From NCBI GenBank assembly GCA_950097015.1, contig CATNEN010000037.1, forward strand, positions 248,001-312,000: a stretch of 64,000 nucleotides of DNA. The letters are read 5' to 3'. Shown here piece by piece: positions 11,801-23,800 of this stretch. Made by a program: the position numbers and the translations under genes. Position 1 is the first letter of the stretch, and each line of letters opens with the position of its first letter. This DNA is from Macrostomum hystrix (Eukaryota > Animalia > Platyhelminthes). The notes below the pieces were generated by a model that had not been told where the DNA came from, ran no database searches, and saw nothing but the letters and a program-made list of their open reading frames with translations.

Positions 11801-14800
11801 TAAAAAAGTATTTGCGGATAATATCAATAAGCTTTTGTGTACACATGAAAAGCAGACACCAGGTAGCAGGTAGGTACGGAGAGAGATTGTGAAAGTTGAT
11901 TGATTGTATGTTCACTGTTGACAGACTTCCGTGCATGTTAGTACTTTGAGTAAGTGTGATTAGTTACAGTTAGTAAAATGTAGATCCAATAAACACAAAT
12001 AGTGGGATTAGCACACATCACAACAGTAATAGAGCGATTAAAATTCGTTTTTGGTCTATACAACTAGCAATTTAACAATGGTCTCTTTAGACTAAGGCTA
12101 TGTAAGTAATTTAGATTGTAAGAGATAGTAAAACGAACCAGATTATTTGGTTTTGATGGTCCAAACGCTTATTATCTAGTTAGCTAGCAGTCACTTTTCT
12201 TTCTTGGGTAGGTAAAATGATATTTATATTGAAAACCCTGACTAGCACAATCTGAAACTAAGATTTGATTTTTGAATAACTAAGTAGGGCCTGAACAATT
12301 ACTTTTAGCATAAGTTGTCTTTGGTTATATAGACTATAGTTAGCACCGCACATTGCTTACCATTGCTTCATCTTCTGTCGGCAGTTTAGACCATTGAATA
12401 GGCCGAAGCTGCGGTGGTGGCGGAGGCGGCGGCGGCGGCAGCGGCAGCGGCAGCAGCGTTGTCGGCGGTTGTCACGACGGCGGTCACGGCGGCGATAATC
12501 ATTATAAACAACTAAATCCCTATTTTTTCCACCTGTCCTAATCCTGACAAAGCTTTCTTGTTGTCCTACCCAGCTAGAAGTAAATCTGTTCTAATTAATT
12601 ATTAATAATTGCATCCAGTGTAACTATGACTACGGCGCATTCGCTACACTAGAAACGATTAAAGACAACACAAGCGACAGACATGAGGCAAACAATAAGT
12701 ATGAATAGCTAGTATGTAAACAATAATACATTCAATAATTTACAAATGCATAACATCGAGAGTGCTGTTGGTTTGGTCAGTCATGTGATAATCAGCAAAA
12801 ACTGAATGGGTTCTAAGGCTGTGGACTATTAACCAAATAATAGTTATAATAAATCATTTGGACAACCGTCAAGAAGGTGCATAGATGAAAAATGTTTTTT
12901 TTAATCACAGAGAAATCAGTCACAGCAAACCACAGTTGGACTGTTTGTTTAGATCCACTATATTTACCATTTGCTAATAAGGCTACCTGTCTGCTTAGTT
13001 TGAATTAAAGTGAGAATTTCAACAGACTTAGTCGATCAAAATGAACTCAATACTCACCGCTCTGGCTGTTGATCTCCTGAGAATCACCTGCGAATTGGAA
13101 TTTGCGAGTAAAAATTTGTTAGATATTATCATTACGGATGTAGATCAGCCATGACTTTTTGATCGTCTGGTAGGGTAGGCACTCACTTAGTAAAACAGTG
13201 GTGTACACAGTGGTGTACACTCCCACAAATGCATAGTGGTGTAAACGAACTTAAAAACATAGTGGTTTGCACGCTCATAAGTACATTATGGTGTACATGC
13301 TCACAGGTAGATAGTGGGTACACACTCAAAAGTACACAGCACTTTTGTTGTACAAGCTCGTAAAGACGTAGCAGTGTACACACTCGCAAGTACATATTGG
13401 CCGGTGTACACGCTCACAGGTACACAGTGGTGTACACACCCGCAAGCACATGGTTTGTGCTTAGATAAGAATAGAGGGTAGATAGAGATTAGCCCAGTGT
13501 GGTCACATGTACGGTCAGAGGCAAAACCGCAGCCATTGCGTGGTGCTTCCGAAGGCTGTGTACGGCTGTTCAGTCCATAGACTCGGGATTTCGAAATTCA
13601 GACTCATCTGTACATCTGCACACTCGCGCACACAAAAATGCTAGATCGCTTGAAGATCGGAACTTAAAAAAGTGCAAACTGCTCACCAGCCAAGGTCGAA
13701 TCACGCTCCATCATGTCTTGCACCAATCGTCTGGCTTCGCTTTTCAAATTTTCGTCCAACTGATGCGGCTGCTGCTCTGTCGGTGGAGCGGCGTGGCTGA
13801 CTGCTGCGGCAGTCCTAGGTACGCTCAGTTCTGAACAGGTGGCAATGGTTCGTTACAACAAATCGTTTGTTATATTGCGAATTAGTTCGGATTATTGTCA
13901 ACTTTTATTGCAAAGAAAGTCCTCTGGGTCTACAGAGCGGGGTCTGGAAGCGCGAGACTGCAACTAGGGTGAGCAGAAATGCTTTATCTTAACAGACAAG
14001 ACTATACAAAAGTTCCTGCTATTGTGCCTATAGCAAAGCCCACTATCAGCCAGTCTCGAGTTTTCGAGCTATTATCCAGCTCCAGTCATAGCTGGAGGCA
14101 TTGTGTCATGCGGCCATCGTTTCTCAGGGTTTCAGCTGCCAAACCAGCAGTATGACTCGACCGTTTGTTCAGCCATCGCTAATAAACACGAAGAGAAGAC
14201 AGACAGAGAATAGAAAAAGTAAATTGTACAGCCTCTTTACTTGTGTCAGATTTGGTAACAATCAAAGCATAGCTTGCTATTCTGTTCTATATTTTGCTCA
14301 AAACTTGAGTGCGTGTCTGTCTGGTCCTAGCCTGCCGTTTTTCATATGGACTGCCGTTCCTATTGTGCACTCGTGGATTTAGAAGCTTATAAAAATGGAA
14401 AAAATTTGTGACATGCCCATTGTGAAAAGCTTTAGGCCGAACATTTTTCGTATTAGCAAAACTTTTTTTTGCGTATGGCTGGCGCTATCTATCTGCTGTC
14501 CTTTTCCTATTTAAAAAAGTTCGGTAAAATAATGATTATTTTAGCGCTGGGAGAAGTCACTGAAGCAATTAATTTTTGGCAAGCCTAATTCAAGGATTAT
14601 TTTAGGAAATTAAGGAAATTACTTTCTTGGATAAATCTATACCGAGCGTACCCTCCCGGTAGCTAATCTTCCTGTTGAGTTGCAATTGCTCAATTTAATC
14701 ACCATCTCTCTCCATTTTCTCTCTCTCTTCCAATTTTCGATAAGACGAAATTAACAGGCGCAGGGCCGACTGAACTCAACTTTGAGCATTCAAGAATAAA

Positions 14801-17800
14801 CTCATATTCAATCTCTGTTTTGCCTGAGCTAGCTGTCTGAACTCAATCTTCTTGACTGAAGATCACTCACAGTTGAGAAAGAGGACGGGGATTTAAAGTA
14901 CTCAGTACTGAGCTGACAGAAGCAATTTATTTGTCTAAGGAAAGTACTTTAAATATGAATTAAACTACCACTATAAAGATTTATCAGCAGGACAGCCTCA
15001 TTGTTCGTGACTCGAAAAAAATCGAATCGCTACTACTGGCTACTATTTATAAGTAGGGTAAAAGGAAACTTTTAAGAGTTTTATTTTTTCTCCATTATAT
15101 TGATTCATTGGTGTACTTTTGATACTCTTTAAGGGTGCTGATCATTTAGCTAAAACACCCCAGCATCAACTCACTCATAAATACCTCAGCATCAACTCAC
15201 CCATAAATACCTCAGCATCAACTCACCCATAAATACCTCAGCATCAACTCACCCATAAATACCTCAGCATCAACTCACCCATAAACACCTCAGCATCAAC
15301 TCACCCATAAATACCTCAGCATCAACTCACCCATAAATACCTCAGCATCAACTCACTCATAAACACCTCAGCATCAACTTACTCATAAACACCTCAGCAT
15401 CAACTCACCCATAAATACCTCAGCATCAACTCACTCATAAATACCTCAGCATCAACTCACTCATAAATACCTCAGCATCAACTCACTCATAAACACCTCA
15501 GCATCAACTTACTCTTCTTAAAACTCCAGCATCAACCCATCTTTAAACACCCCTTTAAACATCCCCGCCTCTAAAAAACACGTAGATTTAAACAGGTCTC
15601 GTCTCACCCTCATCCGGATAGTCGGTCTCCGGCGCCATGGACTCAGACTGCATCGAGTCCAGCTTGGAAAGCAGGTCTTCAACTCCTGCTGCTTTGTGCG
15701 CCTTGTCCAGACTCTGCATCGGAATGTCCTCCTCGACTGCTTCTGTTGTGATGGGGATGGGAATGAGGCCTTCAGTTTGGGATTTCTAAAGAGCAATGAT
15801 TAAAAAACGGAGGTGACAGATAGCTCCTGAAGCAGGGCGCTCACCTGTGAGATCCCGGTCGGGTGCTTCGATCTCCGGCTCCGGCACCAGACTGTCCATG
15901 GCTTCGATGAGCCCCAGGAAGGCCTCCGCCTTGGCCTTTCGCGCCCGCTCCTGCTCGAAGGCAGTCGGCGGCGGCGGTGGCGGCGGCAGGCGCGGATCTC
16001 GGGCCGCGTCGATGGCGTCTTCACCCGGAGCGGCTGAGCGCGGCGTCGGCGCTGGCCACTGGCGCGGCGGGCGGCTCGAATCGTGCGCGAATTCGGGCCG
16101 ATGATCTGGCAGGGCCACCTCCAGGGTGCAGATAGGCTTTAATGACGGACTGTCGGTCGGCTTCGTTGGCCGAGGATCCTTCAAGAAGGCCACTTTGCCA
16201 ACAGCCGGCTGCGAGCCATCCTTCACGCGGACCACGCAAGCAAGGCGGTTTTCGCGGAAGGCCTTAAATGACAGGAACAGCTGCTCGTTGCCCTTGGTAA
16301 CCGCGGCCAGGTTGCCCACCGTTTCGACCCACTGCGGCCGGCTGTCCAGCACTTCAACTTCGCGGGATTCAGCTTTGCGCTCGAAGCCTTCGGCTGCTTC
16401 TAGGGTCTTGTCGATCTGGAATTGGGGTAAGAGTGTGAGCCATCTGCTTAGCTGGCTAAGGACAACATTGAGAGATTTAGCAACCGCAGTAGAATAATAG
16501 ACTCGATGCAGCATCCTCACCTTGTCGTCCGTGATGCAGAAGCACCTGAGCTTGGCCTCGGCAGGCTCGTGTCGCTTGGCGTAGATCACGAAGCGCGCCA
16601 TGTAGGGCACCACAAACGAGTCGCGGTAGAGGCGCCCGGCCAGGTCGGCCGACTCGGCGGTGTTTGGACAGTCCATCAGCCAGAAACGAGCGCTGACCGT
16701 CGTGGTGAACGATACGCAGTCCTTGACGTAGGACAGCGGCGTGGAGCCTGTGATGTCCTCCCAGGTGGCTGGCTGGACGCCGCCGGTGATGCTGCACAGC
16801 AGGCGCAGCGTCGGGCTCTCGCCAGGGCTGGCCACGCCGCGGCTAGCCGGCCGGGGCAGCGGGATCGTCAGGGTGATGGGCTTGTGGAACTTGCGCCGCC
16901 TGGGCTCGATAGTCACCACCGGCGACACCGCCAGCCGAGGGCCCAGCAGGCGCGCCACCTGGTCTGAGGGCACCGGCAGCGCCTGGATGGCCACTCGAAT
17001 CTTCTTGGTCAGGGCGCCCTCGGGGAACACAGCCTGCACCTGCGACACCACCGTAGAGGACAGTACGCCGCCCTCAGGTCCAATCAGAGCGCTTTCCTGG
17101 CGCACACGGGTCACCAGGGCCAGGTACTGCGGGAAGCTGTTGGTGAGCACGCGAATGATGCGTCGCTTGCGCATCTCCTCGTTGGACTCCATTGTGCCGA
17201 AGAAGCCGCCGACAGCGTCCATGACGGCCTGGTCGGTGGCCTCCACAGTGTGCTCCTTCCAGGTGTCACCGTTCTCGGAGCGCAGCACAACGATTTCGCG
17301 TTCGCGCTCGCGCAGCGAGGCAAAGTGCGGCACCTCCAGAAGCACGTGACCGTTGAATGGTGCATTGTGCGGCCCCAGCTCGATGATGCGACAGGCGAGC
17401 CCTTCGCCGTCGTTTAGCTGCGGCGGCCGGGTGACTCGGCCCGGGCGCATCAGGCGGCACGTGACGCGGGTGGGCGCCGAAGCCGCACTCGGCGGGATGA
17501 CCACGCGGAGGCCGGGCCAGCGGGAGGCGTCCATGGCACCGCCGCGAGCGTCAACCAGGAAGGACACCAAGAAGCTGCGCGAGATGAGAATTGGTTCAGT
17601 CGGGGTCACGTAACGGTCGTGTGTAACGGATGTGTGGTGGATAGACGCATCAGAGAAAAGTCCTAAAAGTTCTAGAGATGTTCCGAAATTTCAACTTCTA
17701 TTTTACGAATTTCTGGCATCTTCGATTTCGGAAAAAAAGTAAAAGTGATGTTTGTTTAAGCTACCTGAGCTCCGAAATAGGGGATGAGTGAGTGGCAGAG

Positions 17801-20800
17801 CGGTTAACGCGTTTGCATTCGCTTAATGCTTTGTCTCTCGCACCAAGGTCCCAGAGTTCGATTCCACGGCGAGGCCACATTTATTTGGGGCGCAGCCGCG
17901 GAGAGAAGGCTTGGAGGCTTGTCGTGCAATTCACGCCCTTAAAGGGCCAACCCTCCAAGGCACTGTGAAAGTGTACACTGCCTGACGATGAGAAAGTCCG
18001 GGCAAATGTACACATCTGTGTGCGCGTGTGCTCAGGAGTCAGCGAAGAGGGCAGAATTGCCTCCTCGCTGGCTGCGGGTCTACTGTCATATATTGATGTG
18101 CCAATATCTGCAGCCCACCTGCAATTTTTGTTTTCGCATGACAAGCTAAACAAGCAATAATATAAAGAATCAACACGAGTTATGTAGCTACCAAGAAAAT
18201 GTTGATTTCAAATTAATCTGTGAATCTGTGAATTTGGCGTATTAAGAAAGATATGCAATGACTCATCGACATCATTATCTTCTTCAATGAGACAATATTA
18301 TGAGACGAGGCTACCTATGATGCTGATTGCTTTGAAATAAATATAATGCCCCAATTAGAAACCTATATCTGTCCATGTAGAGACCTAAGCATACTGCTAC
18401 CAGCTGAGCGTTGCTACCCTGGTCTAGTCCACAGCTACAGAGCCAAATCAGTCAGTTAGACAGCCAACACAAATATACACAAGATGTGCAGCTGGGGTCG
18501 TCTCGAATTGCCTGGAGATAACTGAGAGACAAATCTGTGTGCATATTTCTGCCATTTCCAGACTTAACCGGACCGAAAGACAAATTATTTGCCAACTGGC
18601 TGCACCGATTTAGGCCGACTGAAAGTCTTAGCTGTTAGCTGTGTGTGCAATGGTTACCAAATTACCAAACCGTTATTTCCAAAACCACTGGGGTAGCTTC
18701 CCTGGAATGCCTGGCGGACTAAACAGAGAAAACAACTAGAGTGCGCCAGATTGACATGGGAGAGATGAGACACGGGAGAGATGAGACACGGGAGAGATGA
18801 GACACGGGAGAGATGAGACACGGGAGAGATGCGACACGGGAGAGATGAGACACGGGAGAGATGAGACGCGGGAGAGATGCGACACGGGAGAGATGAGACA
18901 CGGGAAAGATGAGAAACGGGAGAGATAAGACACGGGAGAGATGAGAAACGGGAGAGATGCGACACGGGAGAGATGAGACACGGGAGAGATGAGACGCGGG
19001 AGAGATGCGACACGGGAGAGATGAGACACGGGAAAGATGAGAAACGGGAGAGATAAGACACGGGAGAGATGAGACACGGGAGAGATGAGACACGGGAGAG
19101 ATGAGAAACGGGAGAGATGAGAAACGGGAGAGATGAGAAACGGGAGAGATGAGACACGGGAGAGATGAGACACGGGAGAGATGAGACACGCGAGAGATGA
19201 GACACGCGAGAGATGAGAAGCGGGAGAGATGAGAAACGGGAGAGATGAGAAACGGGAGAGATGAGACACGGGAGAGATGAGACACGCGAGAGATGAGACA
19301 TGGGAGAGATGAGACACGCGAGAGATGAGACATGGGAGAGATACGACACGGCAGAGATGAGACACGGGAAAGATAAGACACGGGAGACAAGTTTAGGTGC
19401 CTGCTGTGAGTCAATCTTCAGAGCGTGAGCTCTAGGCTTACCACCCAGTCTTGTAGGCTGGAGGATTTTCTGCAGCTGCTGCTGTTGCTTCATTTTGCAT
19501 TCTTACTTGGGCCTTGGGCTTTAGCTTAGTTAAAAATCAATCAAAATCTGTATTTTATTGTCAAATCAGAAAATTCTGCTGTCAATTCTGTTCCTTTGGT
19601 CAGGCCTTCTCGGGCTGGGTATCCAGGTCTCATATAATCTGTTTTCTGTGCGGCACTGTTTGAGGTTGAACAAGAAAATTTTTGGAACGCTTTAGTTTCG
19701 CTTCGCGTTTTTTTCGGTTGGAGGCAGAATAAATTGGTGTTGGGGCCTGTAGGCTGAAGGGGAGCCCAGTGTGTGTACACAAATGCATATGGGATAACCG
19801 AACCTTCATCCCACCCCTAAATCCCGCGCCTCGCGGCTAACAAGTCTCTTCCCTTAACCCCCTTCCTTCCGGCAGTGAGGTTCAGGGTGAACACACACCA
19901 AATCTCGGAACGAGGCCAGGGGATTCTAAAAAATTCACCCGCCTCATTTGGAGGGGGAAAAATAGAGAGAAATGGTAAGCCGCAGAGGCACTGTTCCGTG
20001 AGGATTGGGGACGTGTACATTCAAGCGCTAACTGCGCACCCATTTTTAGACAACACAAGAGGGGCTTCAGTTGAAAGTTGGGTTTGAAAAAATTGACGAA
20101 AAAGAGAGCAATGAGAATATTTCTGATCTGACAGTGCGAATATTATGGAAAACAGACAATGGAAAAATATTTATACTAAAGGTTCGACAACCAAATATGA
20201 AATATATGAAAGAAAGCCGAATTAATATGGAGAGATGAGACAGGGGAGAGATGAGACAGGGGAGAGATGAGACAGGGGAGAGATGAGACAGGGGAGAGAT
20301 GAGACAGGGGAGAGATGAGACAGGGGAGAGATGAGACAGGGGAGAGATGAGACAGGGGAGAGATGAGACAGGGGAGAGATGAGACAGGGGAGAGATGAGA
20401 CAGGGGAGAGATGAGACAGGGGAGAGATGAGACAGGGGAGAGATGAGACAGGGGAGAGATGAGACAGGGGAGAGATGAGACAGGGGAGAGATGAGACAGG
20501 GGAGAGATGAAGCAGGGGAGAGATGAGGCAGGGGAGAGATGAGACACGGACCGTATTCAGGAACGAAGGTTACGGACAACTGGTTAATTCGGATGACATG
20601 TAAGGCACTGCGAGTCATGGGTCTAAACAGTCAGGGCTCACCCGGACACAATAGGAATCCTCTGCGGCGCCACATTGTCCCGGCCGGTGATGTAGTTCTC
20701 AGGCGGTGTCAGGGTCTCGGGCTCCTTGTACTGGCTCATATAGGAGCTAGGCTCGATCTGCTCCATGGCGGTGGACTCCTGGAGTTGGTTGCCATGGATG

Positions 20801-23800
20801 CCATGCAAACTGCCACGCCACTCAATTTATTCATTTATTTTCATCGCATCAGCCAACCAGCTTAGTCACTGTAATTCACACATACCCGGACCAGTTAAAA
20901 AATACGCAACAGTCTACTTACAAAATCATAAGTTGTGCAAGTAGGTGGGGCATTGGAAGTTTATATTTCCAAGCTTTTCTAGCAATTTTCATTCAAGGTT
21001 TTCCTAGCAAAACTTCCAGCCCCCCTGAAACCTCCAGCCTCCCCTGAAACCTCCAGCCTCCCCTGAAACCTCCAGCCTCCCCTGAAACCTACACAGCCTC
21101 CCCTGAAACCTACAGCCCCCCTGAAACCTACAGCCCCCCTGAAACCTACAGCCTCCCCTGAAACCTACAGCCCCCCTAAAACCTCCAGCCTCCCCTGAAA
21201 CCTCCAGTCTCCCCTGAAACCTTCAGCCTTCCCTGAAACCTCCAGCCTACCCTGAAACCTTCAGCCTTCCCTGAAACCTCCAGCCTACCCTGAAACCTAC
21301 AGCCTTCCCTGAAACCTACAGCCCCCCTGAAACCTCCAGCCTCCCCTGAAACCTCCAGCCTCCCCTGAAACCTCCAGCCTCCCCTGAAACCTACACAGCC
21401 TCCCCTGAAACCTACAGCCCCCCTGAAACCTACAGCCCCCCTGAAACCTACAGCCCCCCTGAAACCTACAGCCCCCCTGAAACCTACAGCCCCCCTGAAA
21501 CCTACAGCCTCCCCTGAAACCTACAGCCCCCCTAAAACCTCCAGCCTCCCCTGAAACCTCCAGTCTCCCCTGAAACCTACACAGCCTCCCCTGAAACCTA
21601 CAGCCCCCCTGAAACCTACAGCCTCCCCTGAAACCTACAGCCCCCCTAAAACCTCCAGCCTCCCCTGAAACCTCCAGTCTCCCCTGAAACCTACACAGCC
21701 TCCCCTGAAACCTACAGCCTTCCCTGAAACCTCCAGCCTACCCTGAAACCTTCAGCCTTCCCTGAAACCTCCAGCCTACCCTGAAACCTTCAGCCTTCCC
21801 TGAAACCTCCAGCCTACCCTGAAACCTACAGCCTTCCCTGAAACCTACAGCCCCCCTGAAACCTACACAGCCTCCCCTGAAACCTACGGCCCCCCCTGAA
21901 ACCTAAAGGCTATTCTGAAAGATTTAAGGCCACTTACCTTCTGGGAAGACAATGTGCCAATCTTTTCGATGTCGTTCGTTGTCTCATCAACACTAGCGAC
22001 GTCTCCTAAAATGCGAACGAAAAAACAGCGTTGAGTTATGCATAGAACTATGAGCTGGTAAATAAACTCGCATGCTTGTTTAGCAAACCGATCGAATTAG
22101 CAACTCGAACGTCAATCAGTTACAAAATGCATCACATTCAAAACTGGAGAATCATTTTCATGCTGATTTTCAGATAACAGAAAATCGATTTGTTATTTAA
22201 GAAGGTGCTATATTAGATTCTGTAAACATATTTTTCCAAGTGCAACTCGTCATGGACTCATACTGCTTCACAATGTGCCGTTTTAGCTAACGAAGTCTTC
22301 TGCAACTTAAAAATAAACCGACAGAAAACTACTTTACGTGACACAACCAAGCAGGCACTTGTGGAACACCTTAAAACTACCCAAAAAAACTGGGCCATGC
22401 CGTGCAAGCCGATTGACCCGCACGATCAATCGCTCATTGTTGTCGCTGCTTAAATTACCAGGTCGAGAAGCCAGAGTCGCCGACACCTGCATCTGTCGTC
22501 GGGACTCCGAGCCAGTGTTGGACTCTTCAGGTCGCGAGAATATGGGCGATGCTGGCAGCTGGGTGAAGTCATTGTCCGACTGGTGGGCTGAGTGGAGCAG
22601 CACAAAAAAGATTTTTTTGGAAAATTCTCGTGTCTTGTTTTGTCCGTCGAAAAAATGACGAAAACTTGAAGAGGACTTTCACAGAACAGTTAAAAAAATT
22701 ATCACAAAATATCACTGGTTACGAACTTGCTAGTGTTTTATATCGTTGCGCGTTAGTCTGAATAAAAGTATTTGTTAAGCGATCTCAATAATTATCGTAT
22801 TAGAAATAGAATCAAGCGGTCCTGCACAAATGATCCTGGTAGTTATCTCGTTATAATCCGCTTATTAAGTTTTGTTAATCCGGACACTCGGCAGAACAAT
22901 GTTAGAATTTCTGTTAGCCACGCAAGGGTCTTTGACCCACCAGCTGCTGTCGACGGGAACTTCTGACCACTTTGGCTCGTTTGAACTCGCCGAGGCGCCA
23001 AATCGGCCTCGTCAACCTCGGCAGAGTCGTCGTCGACCGCCGTAAAACCTGCGAAGTCGACTGGGGTTTCGACGGCTGCGTCGACTTCAGTCACTCCGCT
23101 AGTTTGGCCTTCAAAAGCTTCAGTTTTGTGAACTGGCGCGATGGATTCGTCGACTTGAATTTCGGTTTTGAAAAAATTTTCAACTGTTTCGTCGACTTGA
23201 ATTTCGGAACTGTAAGCGGGCACTGCGTCTTTGGCAACTGACTCATTATTGAGCTGAGGCGTCTGAGGCTGGCTTGCTTCGTTCTCTTCCTCATTGTCTG
23301 AGCTGTCTGAGCCAGCTGAGCCTTCATCTGGAATGGTCGGCTGCTGTTGCGGCTGCTGCAGGGCCAGGTTGCTGACTGTGGAAGCATAGAACGGGCTGGT
23401 CAGAAGCAGCTCGGTGCTGCCCACTGGCTGCAAGCTCTCGGCGTCCTCTGATTGGCTAGCACCTGTGGCCTCTATCACCGACTCTGTGTGCAGGCATATC
23501 GCAGAGCTATTTTTTATCGAGGTAATTTAATTATGTTTTACCCAAATTAAGAACGTTAATTTTGTTAGTCAATATATGAGCTACTTTGTTATGTAGCTAG
23601 TCGGAGGCTAATGTTTTTTTTCCTTATAAATATTAGCAATCAAGACAAGCTTGACTTTTAATCAATCAGATTTTGTGAGGCAACTATTTTGATTTCAATA
23701 GATCAAGACTTTGTGAATCAAAGCATTCTTTGTTAACTAATCAGATTGAAGTTAGAAAAAAAACTATTCAATATTGAGGACTTTTGTTTGTTAACATTTG

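Noticed and set aside
12361-12470. [18 protein letters not shown] as a formin FH1/FH2 start
   Set aside because: An upstream in-frame TGA, no following FH2 exon, and a phase incompatible with neighbouring ankyrin exons; resemblance is likely due to the GCC tract.
17982-17996. CTGACGA...GAAA in SINE A as a hammerhead ribozyme core
   Set aside because: Only 3 nt separate the boxes (no stem II), there is no NUH cleavage triplet in register, CTGAC is paired in a simple hairpin, and the loop is replaced in the 51.66-kb copy.
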